A stretch of DNA of 64,000 nucleotides from Azolla caroliniana (taxonomy: Eukaryota; Plantae; Polypodiophyta): contig JBHGNT010000016.1 in assembly GCA_043228905.1 (NCBI GenBank), positions 8,246,001 through 8,310,000 of the forward strand, in the 5' to 3' direction. Below the pieces are notes generated by a model. It had not been told where the DNA came from. It made no database searches and worked only from the letters and a program-made list of their open reading frames with translations. Both the position numbers and the translations under genes were made by a program. Positions 51,811 to 64,000 of this stretch are shown in pieces. Numbering within the stretch: position 1 is the stretch's first letter; every line of letters starts with the position of its first letter.

Positions 51811-54800
51811 TGTTGAGAATCAAGCTCAACCTAGACTATTGTGTGAACACACCCTTGAGAGTGTATGGATACTCAAAGGTCAAAAGTCACACCACTACTC
51901 TTTACACATTAACTATGTGTCATAGAATCATATTCTATGATACATAACTAATGACTTTCCACACTCCCCATGACCCATGAGCTTCGGTAGTTAATGAAGA
52001 GAGAGAGAGAGAGAGTGACTATATAAAGCACTCTCCTCCTACTTTGTAATGTCTCGGTTAATCTCCTTTGTAATATACAATCTTCTTGAGTATTTCTATT
52101 TCCTATCTATCTTGTGTTTCTCTCCTCTCCTCTCCTCTCTCTCTCTCTCACACACACATAACCCACATCTCTAACCTATTCCGTTACACAAGAATCCCCA
52201 TCGATTCTTTACATGGTATCAGAGCGCTTTGGTAGCTTGATCTAGCCCATCCGCGTGTGTTGTGTCTACGCCGACGATTCAAAGAAATCCGGCTCATCGC
52301 TATCATAGTACCGCTACATAGTTCGTATTCAAGAGAGAAGAAGAATGAAGAAATCTACATCGAACACCATGACTACTCAAATGGGGAGCGCTCTCCTTAG
52401 AGAGAAGTTGGACCGAAACAACTTCGCATCTTGGGAGTACAAGATGCACCAATACCTTGTCGGTCAAGGTTATTGGACTCGCTACATCAAAGGAGCACAA
52501 GAAAATCTACCTGACCCAAAGGACGTTGACCACTCAACATGGGAGGAAGCAGGGAGTCGAGTAATGTATTGCTTCCCGACTTGTGTCCATGACCACATGC
52601 TCGGCCACATTCAAGAAGCCACAACGCTGAAGGAAGCATGGGAGAATCTAAGGAAGATATTCGCCTCCAATACGATGGCACGAAAGCTTTAACTCTGCCA
52701 AGAGTTGAACAACATCCAACAACGGGGCATGTCCATCAGGAGCTACACCTTGAAGATCAAGGAGCTTTGTGACTCACTCGACTCAATAAGCGTCAATGCG
52801 GATGATGACAAGATGGTGCAAATATGCCTCGGCGGCCTTGCATCACAGTTCGGCGTGATGAGAACCCCCGTTCTAGCAAGGGAGAATCCTCCCTCTTTCT
52901 TTGATCTTCAGTCAATGCTATTGGTTGAAGAAAATCATGTTCAAACTAAGAGCAATGCCTCGGAAGGCCACATGCTCTACACACATTCGCATGAAGGAAG
53001 AGGATGCGGCCGAGCAAGAGGCCGATTCGGCCAAGGACGAGGCAGACGAGCTCCGAATTATGAAAACAACTCCCAAATTCGGCAACAAGATGGAAGCCAT
53101 CGAGGAACCTTCGAAAGAAAGGGGAGCTTCCATTCTAAACCAAGCCGACAACCCTCGATCGAATGCAGATATTGAGGCAAAATCGGCCACCATGAAGAAG
53201 AGTGTCGAAAGAAGAAGCGCGAGTCGGCTTGTGGCCAACTACGCCACACACTCCGACTATGATGACCATGGCGGAATGTTTGTGATGAGACATAGAGAAA
53301 ATTCTATGTTGGCCTCTACTTCGACTAGTGCCTCCGGTCTGGAAGATGTATGGTTCGTCAACTCCGGTGCCACGAACCATATGATGTCCCATCAAGAATG
53401 GTTTCCAAGACCTTCGAGAGCCGAATCGACCCGGTTATGTCGAGATTGGAGACCTCAAACGACACCAGTCATCCAATTTGGCATGTCTTCAATGTCCCAT
53501 TCGGGAAAGAATGTGAACAAACTTGTATAAAAAATGTCTTGCATGTACCCACCATAACGAAAAATTTGGTCTCCGTTGGCCAAATTGTGGAGCAAGGGAT
53601 GCAAGTTAGATTCAACCAAGGCGGTTGCTTCATCGAGAAGGAAGGCCGACTAATTGCTCGTGGTCAAAGGGAAGGCCGAATATTTATCCTCGAATCGAAC
53701 GAGGTAAAATTGGCCATGTTTCCAAAGGGCCTCAAAGCCGACACTGACAGAGCTATGGCATAAAAGAATCAGCCATATCAATCTCAACAAACTCAACGTG
53801 ATGCAATCGAAAGGAGTCATCATTGGACTTCCGATGTTCAAAGAGAAAGAGATTGAAGGAATATGTGGAGTGTGCCAATTCGGCACCCGTTCCCGAAGGA
53901 AATGAATGTGAGCAAAGGCCTATTGGACGTAGTCCACTCGGATGTGTGGGGACCGGCATAGATGGCCACATTCGGAGGATGTTGGTACTATGTTACCTTC
54001 ATTGACTAGTGCTCTAGATACACATGGATCATTCCCATGAGGATGAAGAGCGAAGTGTTTACACACTTCCAAATATTCAAAAGCGAAGTTGAAAAGACAA
54101 TTGGCCAGCATGTACGATGTCTTCGGTCGGAAGGAGGAAAGGAATACTTCTCAGATGCATTCACGACATATCTTTGCCAAGAAGGAATTCGGCGAGAATT
54201 CACTTGCCGACACACACCGCAATAGAATGGTGTAGCCAAATGCAAGAATCAACACATCCTTGAAATAGCAAGGGCTATGCTAAACGAGAACCACAAGTTA
54301 GATTGGGCAGAAGCTGCAAACATTGTCGTCCACCTCATGAACCAATGCACAACATCCGGAGTGCACGAGGTCACTCCTCACGAGAAATATTATGGAAAGA
54401 AGCCGAACCTATCCCATGTAAGGATATTCGGCTCCATTGCATATGTGCACATCCCCAACGAAAAGCGACAAAAGCTAGATCCCAAGTCAGAGAAATGTAT
54501 CCTTGTAGGATACTCACATGAGTTAAAGGGGTACAAATGCTTCAACCCCTCAACACGAAAATTTTGTGTAAGTTGGGATGTCATGTAAGTTGGTTGCAGA
54601 TGGATATATAAAGTTAAGTATCATGTTGACGGTTCCGTCAACTGCTACAAAGCTCAACTTGTTGCAAAAGGCTACACACAAACACATGAAGTCAACTATG
54701 AAGAGACATTTTCCCCGGTGGCAAAGATGACAACCGTGCAGACTGTGATAGTGCTTCCTGCAGCGAAAGGGTGGCACCTCCACCAGATGGATGTCAAGAA

Positions 54801-55023
54801 CACCTTTCTTCAAGGCGAATTAGAAGAGGTGTACATGGTACAACCACCTGGCTTCGAATCGAGCAACCATCCGAAAGCAGTTTGCCAACGAAAGAAGCCA
54901 CTCTACGGGCTTAAGCAAGCACCACGTGCTTGGCACTCGAAGATAACACAATATCTTCATCAAATTGGCTTCCGAATGTCAAAATCTGACAACTCTCTCT
55001 ACGTAAGACGCGATTCCAAAAGT
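51811..55023 (+). mobile_element. Degenerate copia element: 5' LTR 51811-52213, PBS 52214-52225, gag-PR-IN-RT; interrupted by gypsy-2
   Basis: TGTTGAGAATC...TTTACA followed by TGGTATCAGAGC. Many stops and frameshifts, and an internal deletion at ~54588 joining IN to RT. Same family as 22134-25029. Confidence 0.9.
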
Positions 55024-55362
55024 TGTTGGCCGGTCAGAGAAGGCAAATGGGAAAGCAAGGTCGGATCGGATAAATATAGAAATAGGAATAGAATTATTAG
55101 GAGGGACGGATCCGGTAGTTGTAACCGATCCGGATCCGAACCGATTCGGTTTCGGTTAATGGTTGCCTACCGAGCACCGATTGTAATCTGGCCGGATGCC
55201 TATAAAAGGATCCGATGTTTTGTAATGAAGAGACGAAGAATTAATATAGTTTTGCTTATGCTTATTAATCTTGTCTTCGTCTGTGCTTAAGTGTAATTAT
55301 CATACGCGTGTATTAACATCCTATCCCTACCACCCCTTTGGAGAAGTGTCGGATAGACACCT

Positions 55363-58300
55363 GTGTTGCGGCTAGTCCAGCCATACATACAACACTATTT
55401 TGGCGACCACGATTCCTGCAGAGTGCAGAGGACAACCGGGGGATGGATGTCTAGACAAAATAACGACCACATCACCGAAAGAGGGAGACGCCACGCCGAA
55501 CGGCAGCGACGACAGGAAGCCCTGCAGCAAGCCGTCGACGAGATCCGGCGCGATCGGTCATTCTCAAAAACGCTTCGGCAAATCGCAGAAGAAGCACTGC
55601 AGTTCCAGGTTCTACAAGCTTCCGACGAAGGCAGTAGCATAACCAGCCTCCAAGAAGCGGAGACACTACTACAGACTCTCGCCGGCGGCGACGGGGACGC
55701 AGCGGCATTTGCAACATTAGAGGCGGATTCGGATAGCGGGGAAAGCGTGGGATCCCGCTATAAAAGCAGCCACGAGAACAACCCCTTTGAGTCGGATCAC
55801 TCAGCAACATCGGAGCCAGAGGAGGAAATAACTCTGGAGTTCGGTGACCGGCAATCGCCGAGGAGGGAGGAGCGGATACCAACACCACCCGCGGAGGAAC
55901 CGCAGGAGCGGTTATCAACACCACCCGCGGAGGAACCGCAGGAGCGGATACCAACACCACCTGCGGAGGAACTGCAGGAGCGGAGACCGACTTCGGAGGA
56001 ACCAGCGCAGGAGAATCAGTGGGACGACACGATGCCGTATCCGTACCCAAAGTATCGGGATGAGCCCGACGGAGAGGCACATGTGTATGCATTCCTGCGA
56101 ACATGGGAAGCCAACCACGTGTCCCAGAGACTAACGGAGCCCGAGGCCGACCGATCCAAAGTCGCCGAATTCGGCATGACATTAGAAGGACCGGCGGCCC
56201 GGTGGCACGCAAAGCACTTACCAGGCAGCTTCGCCACGTTCGAGGCATTGAAAACCCAGTTTTTACGCCTGTTTCATAGACGAGTGGAACAAAGGGAATT
56301 GGTCAGACAATTCTACACCACTCGGCAGGGAGAAAACGAGACGGTCCCACAATTTATCATTCGTTTCCAGACCTTGCACAGTCAATTAGCAAGAGCACCA
56401 CCCGAAGAGGAGGCCAAGGCAGTCTTTTTGGCTGCGTTGAAAGAGCCACTTCGAGCGATGTGTGGAATCCTCGATTTCAGCACCAGCACAATGGACCAAG
56501 TCATTGATCGGGTCCTGGAAATGGACAACACGAGCCCCTTCTTGCCGATGGGGGCGTTACACCAGGCGCTTCCGAAGGAGGAGGACCTCCGGTTCCGACA
56601 AGCCCTACAATGCACAACATGCCTAAATTCGGGGCACTCAGCCGTCGACTGCACCCTGCGTGCACAGTGCATGATATGCAATTCTTGCGCCCACACAACA
56701 AACCGATGCGAGTATAACCTATTAACTCGACAAGCGGCACCGGTCCGACACATAGAACCGCGCAATCGGGACCCGGAAGAGGATCGATTCCGGAGGGACG
56801 ACCGCTACCGACGAGAACGCGGCGACAGATACCCCGATAGAAGACGCGACAGCTATGACCGAGAGGAGAACCGCAGGGATAGCTACCCCCGGGACCGGTA
56901 CGACCGAGACGAGTCCCCGGAATACGAGCGACGCAGAGAAGACAGGCGGCCAGGGAACCGGAATTTCCGACGGAACCAAAGGCGGGGATTTTTCCGTAGA
57001 GAGGAGCGTCGGGAGGCAACAAGGAATGACAAACCAGTAGCGGCACCGGAGAACCGAAAAACCGAGGACAACCGCCGGGGAATGCCCCTTCCCCAAACAT
57101 GGGAAAAAGGAGAATCCAGCAACACGCACAGGGTGTACTGTTATTACTGCCGAAAAGAAGGGCATTACAGTAATCAATGCCCAAGCAAAACAGCCGACAA
57201 GCAGCCAGCAGTCAACATGGTGACAGCCGAAGTACAGCAGGTTACCACGCGGTCGAAGGGGAAGGTCGCCGAATGGGAAGCCCAGGAAGCAATCAGAAAA
57301 CAAGCGGCACAATGGATCAAAGAAGCCAACGAACAAGGTGCGGCGGAAGTAAGAGACCAAAATATGCCAAAGAATGAGGAAATCGCACAGCCAGGAGAAA
57401 ACCCGACATGGCAAGCACTACAAGATTGTCAGATCGTGCTGCCGTTGGCACGGTTACTGCAGTTGGTGCCGCGGTTTACAGCAGACTTACAAGCCGCCGT
57501 GAGCAAACCGACGCCGACACCAGCACCGGCATTTTTCTCCGACCCGGAGGAAGGCCCAGCGGTGGTCGATACCAGTAGCCCAGCAATCACGACAATCGTC
57601 AAAGGAAAGGAGATTCCAGGAACAATTATTGACGGAGGCTCCGGGGTGAACGTCATCAGTCGACAGACATGCGACGACCTAGGCATCCAGGAGTGGGAAC
57701 CATGCCCCTTCTGGTTACGCATGGCGGATACAAGCTCAGTCCGACCAACCGGTCTTATCCGGGACCTGGAAGTAACGATAGGAGGCCACGTATTCCGGAT
57801 ATCGGCCGTGGTACTAGAGCTGAATGTACAAGGCGCATATCCCCTACTGTTAGGACGACCATGGCTGCGAACGGCGCATATCAAGCAAAACTGGCAAAAG
57901 AATATGATCACGTTCTGACGAGGGAAAACAAAGGTACGGGTAGCCACGCAACCACGGGTGCTCACTAGCAAGGAGGCAACCCCTTTATATGCCGAAAGCA
58001 TCAACATGTTGGAGGGCTTACCGGATGAGGAAGTTGATCATACCTCGAGGAACACCCACAGATCGTCCCACTTTTTGAGGTGGATATCACGACAGCAGTA
58101 GAGCCGTACATCACAATGCCGGACGAGCCGGACAAAGCAGCGATCCGGGAACTACGCCAAGCACAGGAAGCCCTAGAAAGAGAAATGACGATATCCCAAA
58201 GGGTGAAAGCATCCCAGCTGGAAGAGGTGGACCTCGGCACAACAGAACAACCCCGACCGGTAAAAGTCGCGAAGGAATTGCCGAAGGAGGAAAAACAGGC

Positions 58301-61165
58301 AATGGTAGCACTGTTAACGGATTTCAAGGACGTGTTCGCATGGTCATACGAGGACATGCGAGGGCTGGACCCCCAGCTCTACCAGCACCAAATTCAGCTA
58401 AGTACTGACGCGAAACCCATCGCTCAACGCCGGTACCGGATGAATCCAAACTATGCGGCAAAGGTGGAGGAAATTGACAAGCTTCTCCGGGTCGGATTTA
58501 TCCGACCAGTCAAGCAGGCAACCTGGCTGAGCCCGATAGTGGTGGTCCTGAAAAAGAATGGCAAAATCCGGGTATGTGTGGACTACAGGAAACTAAATGC
58601 CGCGACAGTGACCGACGCTTTCCCACTACCATTCACGGACGGAGTGCTAGATGCGGTGGCCGGCCACGAAGTTTACAGCTTCCTGGATGGATTCAGCGGC
58701 TACAACCAAATCCGAATGAACCCGGCCGACCAAGAGAAAACAACGTTCGTGACGGAATGGGGAGTGTTCGTCGCAGTCGTGATGATGTTCGGATTAAAGA
58801 CAGCCCCTGCAACATTTCAAAGGATAATTATGGAAATCTTCGGGGATTTTATTCCCGGTTTTATGCAGGTCTTCCTAGACGATTTCGCCGTCTACAGCCG
58901 ACACGGAGAGCATCTCGATCACCTACGACTATGCTTAGAAAAGTGCCGCGAGTACCGATTAAGTCTGAACCCGGCTAAGTGCGTCTTTGGAGTCGCAAGC
59001 GGCAACTTGTTAGGGCACGTGGTGAGTCGGGAAGGAATCGCGGTAGATCCGGATAAAGTAAAGGCAATTCTCGACGCGCCGGCACCGAATAACGCAAAGG
59101 CTTTAAGCCGATTCCTGGGTCAAATAAGGTGGCATAGTCGGATGTTACGGCACCTTGCCGACTTTGCTACACCATTGCACGCTGCTGTACATAGAGTACC
59201 TTTCCAATGGACAGAAACGGAGGAGAAAGCCTACCAAGCGTTGAAGGTCATGCTGTCACAAGCTCCGGTGGTGCAGCCGCCGGACTGGAGTAAAAGCTTT
59301 CACGTCTTCGTCGACGCGTCGGACGTAGCAATCGGCAGCGTTTTGATGCAACTCACGGAACCGAAATGGTATCGACCGGTGTACTACGCAAGCAGGAAAC
59401 TCTCGAAAGCCGAACGGAACTATTCTACAACGGAACGAGAGGCGTTAGGAATGGTGTACAGTGTCACAAAGTACAGGCACTATCTGCTCGGACGAAAGTT
59501 CTCCTTCCACGTTGACCACTCGGCACTACTCTACCTGGTCTCAAAGGCAGCCCTAACAGGAAAACTCGCACGGTGGACGCTGCTATTACAGGAATTCGAA
59601 TTCGACATTTTCCACCGACCCGGGGTGCAGCATGCGGTAGCAGACTACCTGAGCAGACTAGAATCCGGAGAATCAGGGGACGGCGTACAGGACGAATTTC
59701 CCGACGCCGAGCTGTTTTGGGTCACGACGACACCGGCAACGGAGGCCACGGTAGCGGACGAAGACAAATGGTTAACCGAAATGCATCAGTTCCTGAGCAC
59801 CGGAGTTCCCCCGGAAAACCTGGACCGAGACGAACGGAAAAGGATGGCAGTACGGAGCAGACATTTCTGCTTGGTAGGAGACACCCTCTATCACAAGGGG
59901 GCAGATGGCGTATGGAGGCGAGCAGTGCGGAGCGATGAAAAGGATCTGATCCTGAGGGAAGCCCACTGTGGAATTGCAGGCGGGCATTATGCCGGCGAAA
60001 CAACAGCCCGGAAGATATGGCAGAGCGGACTATGGTGGCCGACTACCATGAGAGATGTCGTTAAGTATAGCAGGGAATGCGACCTGTGTCAACGACTGGG
60101 CCAACCCACGGAGCAGGCCCGGATGCCACATCACCCGGTCTTGCCATTAGAACCATTCCAAAAGTGGGGCTTGGACTTTGTCGGTCCATTCAAGCCACCG
60201 GAAATCGGTATATAATAGTAGCTACCGACTACTGCACGAAATGGGTAGAAGCAAAGGCATTACGGGACAACACGGCGGCGTCCACGGCCAAATTTTTATA
60301 CGAATGCATATGGTGTCGGTACGGATGCCCGATTGAGCTGATCAGTGACCAGGGAGGACATTTCCTCGGGCAGGTGGTGGAAAGTTTGACATCATTCTAT
60401 GCGGTAGTACACAAACGAAGCACTCCCTACTACCCTCAAGCCAACGGATTAGCGGAATCAACGAACAAAACGCTACAGAACATCCTTAGAAAAATCGTCA
60501 ATGAGAACCGGACCGACTGGGACACGAAGTTGCAGAGCGTGCTGTGGGCGTACCGAACGACGTACAAGACTAGCATCCGGACGACCCCGTTCCGACTGGC
60601 ATTCGGCTTGGAAGCAGTCATGCCAGTAGAATTCCAAATTCCTAGCTTAAGAATACAGGTTAAGGAGCGGTTAAGCGAGAAGGAATCCGAACGAATCCGG
60701 CTGGAGATGCTGTTGGAACTGGAAGAAAATCGAATAGTCAGCCTGCTACAGCTAGAACTAGAGCAAAGGAGGAGGAAAGCCTTTGTAGACCGACACCGGC
60801 GCGGTAACGAAAAGGAATTCGAGGTCGGGAAACCTGTATTACTGTTCCAGACAAGGATGGGGAGCATGCCAGGGAAATTGCGATTTCGGTGGACCGGACC
60901 ATTCTAGATCACAAAGGAGTACAATGGGTCTTACCAGCTCGGGACGTTGTCAGGAGAAGTTGTGGGCAAATGGGCAAATGGGTTTCGCCTAAAACCGTAT
61001 AAGGGGCACATGCCAGCTAACCCCTTCAAGCAAGACCCGGAAATCCCGAATGGCGAGGAACCGACACAGATCCGGAGGACCGAGGAGCCGACACCGACGC
61101 GTAACAACGAGGAACCGACAACAGTGCGCACCGACCCGAACACATCGGGGGGAACCGAACAATGA
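55363..61165 (+). pseudogene. gypsy-2 gag-pol, disrupted (stops 57916 and 60905; frameshifts ~58040 and ~60200)
   Basis: ORFs 55363-57918, 58080-60215, 60077-60907 and 60947-61165, with the same motifs as gypsy-1. Confidence 0.93.
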
Positions 61166-61469
61166 TGCGGCACATGCTTTAAAAAAAAAAAAAAAAAAAA
61201 ATGAATGACGTGGTGCTACGGGTAGAAAATTCAAGACAAGAAGATCAAGAAAATCATGGTAATGATGAAGGAAGTAGTTACAACCGTCACACGGGTGCAC
61301 GAGCTATTTAAAGCACAGAGCGTGGGGGGCCGATGTACAGGAATTAAAACGTGCGGCAATCAAGGAGTCATAATGACAGACACGTAGGAGATTCGACACA
61401 CGCGGCAAAGAAGCGCAAGCATGACACGCGGCAGCAAAGGACAGACATGCGCAGGCGCCAAAAATAGAA

Positions 61470-63618
61470 AAAGGCGGAAAAAGGCAAGGAGAAGCTGGCG
61501 AAGAAGACCAGCAAGAGGCAAACCGACACCGAACCAGTAACGCTCGAATCGGAACCGGTACCAGTAAAGGAACCAATAGTCGCACCGACGGAGGACGCTG
61601 AAACAGAGGAAGACTCATCCGAACCGATGTTAATACTACCACCCAGGCAAGGAAAGGAGAAACGAGCGACAAGACCGACCCCAACAGCGGACGGAACTCA
61701 GCAACGGGCGAAAGAACCGCCTCCAGTAACCGGAACAGAAGCGACACAGGATGAAGGTCCGTCTGCACCAAAGACGGCAGTACCGGAACCGACGGCGGCG
61801 GAGTTCGAAGAACAAAGAAAGGAACAAGCGCCGGAACAAGAGAAGAGGCCGGAGAAACAGCCGGAAAAACAGCCGGAGCTAGGCACGCCTGCTGACACCA
61901 ACGAAGGCAGAACAAAGGCACAATGGCTAAGGTGGTTGTCAGGGCAGTTGTCGTGAGTAGCAGACCAGATGGAGAAAGAGGAGGAGCAAAGGGAACAAGT
62001 GACTAGGACGACGACTAAGGATATGGTCATGCTCCGGGCACAATTACATGAGCTGCAAGAAGAGCTAGCACAGGCAAAAGAAGGCAGCCGACAAGCACAA
62101 GATGGCACCGAGCCGGTCGGGACATCAGAAAAGCAAGCCGAACCAGAAACGGAGAAGGCCTTGCAAACCGGCCCTGAGACCGAGAAGTTAATAGCAACTT
62201 TGAAAGAAGAATTACAGGCTCAGGAGGCATTGAGAGATAATGAAAGAGAGCAGCGGAAGTTGGTAGAAGACGACAGACGGTGAATGGAGGAAGGCCTTCG
62301 CCGAAGCAAAGCCACCAATGACCGACTACAAGAAGAAAACGGGACACTGCAAAAGGAAAAAGATAGGCTGCGCCGACGAATGGAGCAGGAAATCGAGCGG
62401 TTGCGAGAGGAGTTCCGACAACAAAAGGACCGGGATGATCAGTTGCGAGCTCAGGCGAACCGACGCCTAAAACAGAAGACGGAGGAATTCGACCGACTAT
62501 GTAAGGATTATAAACAGGCCACGTCGGACATCAAGAATCAGGCAGCAACGTACGACCGACAGATAGAGAAGCTGAAAGAGCAGCTCAAGGAAAACCGCTT
62601 GGAATTGTCCAAAGCAAGGGAGGAAGTATCGACGGAGAAGACCTTGACGTCGGAACAAAGAAAGGAGATGGAAGTACTTCGGCAGAAAGTAGGGGAGCTG
62701 ACAAAGAGCAGGAACGAGGAAAAAGTGAAGTCGACTTTCAAAATCAACAAATGGCGGAGTACCTGCGACAAGCAAAAAGCCGACTCTGAAGCTCAAGCTC
62801 AGTTAATGGCCGACATCATCAAACGGATAAGGAAGGAAAAACAAGCAGCTTTGGAACAGGCTAAAGCAGGGGTTGACCGAATTAAGTTCATCATGTCAAG
62901 TTGGAGTACCCGAGCTCAGGCCAGCATAAGTGAAAGCACGGAGAAACTCTGGAGGGAATGGGCACAACAGGCAGCTGAACTGCAGACACTCCGAGCTGAT
63001 GCAGAAAATCGGAAGAAAACCGGAGATGGGTTCTATAAAATGGACGAAGAAAGTATCGTCAACATCCGGGAAGAATTGTCGGAGGATTTCTATGCTCTAG
63101 CAGAAGAGCATCTCAAGGAAATCCGAGGGTTAGTAGAGAGGTTGGATGACGGGCAGCTCGAAACCCAACTAGAATTGGAAGGGTACGAGAAGGACTGACT
63201 GCGACAGGAAGCCGAGGGACACACAACGCCGATCTCCATCAGTGAGGGCGAGCGACCGGCTGAAGAGGACCCAACCAACAATGCACCCCGACAAGAATTA
63301 CCCGAGGAAGAACTTCCGGAGCAAGAACAAGTTGATGCCGGGGATGATGCAGAGTGGAGACAGAGAAGTACCGAATCCGGGGAGGAAAGGACACAACCAG
63401 TGGAAACCGGAGAGAGCGATACCGGGAACGGAACGGAGGTAGAGCAGGACAGACCCGTACAGGATACAGAAGAAACACCGGTACCACCGGTACAAGCAGA
63501 GTCGGAGCCGCAAGATGCGAAAAGGCAGCCAATCCAATCGGAAGTCGGAGACGGCACAGGCAAGACAACACTTGAAACCTCTGAGCGGAGTTTGCTGGAT
63601 AATTTGGAGGAAGACTGA
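61470..63618 (+). pseudogene. gypsy-2 extra 3' coiled-coil ORF, one frame broken by TGA at 61954, 62281 and 63196
   Basis: ORFs 61627-61956, 61969-62283, 62284-63198 and 63400-63618 share a frame. WAQQAAELQTLRAD..NR...G.GFYKM is homologous to gypsy-1. Confidence 0.8.
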
Positions 63619-63625
63619 AGCCGGC

Positions 63626-63666
63626 TGTGGGTTCGAAGTGCAATGCACTTTCCCACGGGCGTGCCA
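63626..63666 (+). other. tRNA-Arg(UCU) 3'-end-like motif at the PPT position of gypsy-2
   Basis: TGTGGGTTCGA-agtgcaatgcactt-TCCCACGGGCGTGCCA-tg-TGTTG(LTR). Confidence 0.85.
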
Positions 63667-64000
63667 TGTGTTGGCCGGTCAGAGAAGGCAAATGGGAAAG
63701 CAAGGTCGGATCGGATAAATATAGAAATAGGAATAGAATTATTAGGAGGGACGGATCCGGTAGTTGTAACCGATCCGGATCCGAACCGATTCGGTTTCGG
63801 TTAATGGTTGCCTACCGAGCACCGATTGTAATCTGGCCGGATGCCTATAAAAGGATCCGATGTTTTGTAATGAAGAGACGAAGAATTAATACAGTTTTGC
63901 TTATGCTTATTAATCTTGTCTTCGTCTGTGCTTAAGTGTAATTATCATACGCGTGTATTAACATCCTATCCCTACCACCCCTTTGGAGAAGTGTCGGATA

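Larger units (their letters stand above)
55024..64000 (+). mobile_element. Ty3/gypsy LTR retrotransposon (gypsy-2); 5' LTR 55024-55394, 3' LTR 63669 to window end
   Basis: LTRs differ at one visible site over 332 bp. PBS TGGCGACCACG at 55401-55411. gag-PR-RT-RH-IN plus an extra 3' ORF. Inserted in the copia RT. Confidence 0.96.

Noticed and set aside
54718-55290. 190-aa ORF running from copia RT into novel sequence
   Set aside because: Chance read-through across the insertion junction into the gypsy-2 LTR.
55472-58007. Long antisense ORFs over gypsy-2 gag (and similarly over the copia pol)
   Set aside because: Expected shadow ORFs of GC-rich coding sequence, with no recognisable motifs.
63606-63620. 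GGAGGAAGACTGAAG as the PPT of gypsy-2
   Set aside because: It lies ~50 nt from the LTR and simply encodes the acidic end of the extra ORF.
63626-63666. A genuine tRNA gene or tRNA-derived SINE
   Set aside because: Only the 3' third is present, with an encoded CCA and an interrupted T-loop. There is no D-arm, anticodon arm or A-box, and it sits at a fixed position inside the retroelement.

Overview
Eukaryotic land-plant nuclear DNA. The TE complement would fit a large-genome non-flowering plant such as a fern, but that is inference only. The first ~18 kb holds two intact, convergent spliced host genes: an ATN1-like Raf-type protein kinase (+, 6 coding exons) and a RabA/Rab11 GTPase (-, 2 exons), with an hAT-type MITE between them. 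From ~18.6 kb to the end is a nested stack of retroelements: an L1 LINE, an RTEX/L2-like LINE, several copia elements (one nearly intact with TSD), solo LTRs and two nearly full-length non-chromovirus Ty3/gypsy elements. The most striking observation concerns those two gypsy elements (30898-40282 minus; 55024->64000 plus). Both lack a polypurine tract. In its place, 2 nt before the 3' LTR, each has a sense copy of the 3' end of tRNA-Arg(UCU), from the T-arm to the CCA, split by a hairpin at the T-loop. This amounts to a second, inverted primer-binding site and suggests tRNA-primed plus-strand synthesis. Both elements also carry a homologous extra coiled-coil ORF after pol that ends right at this motif.
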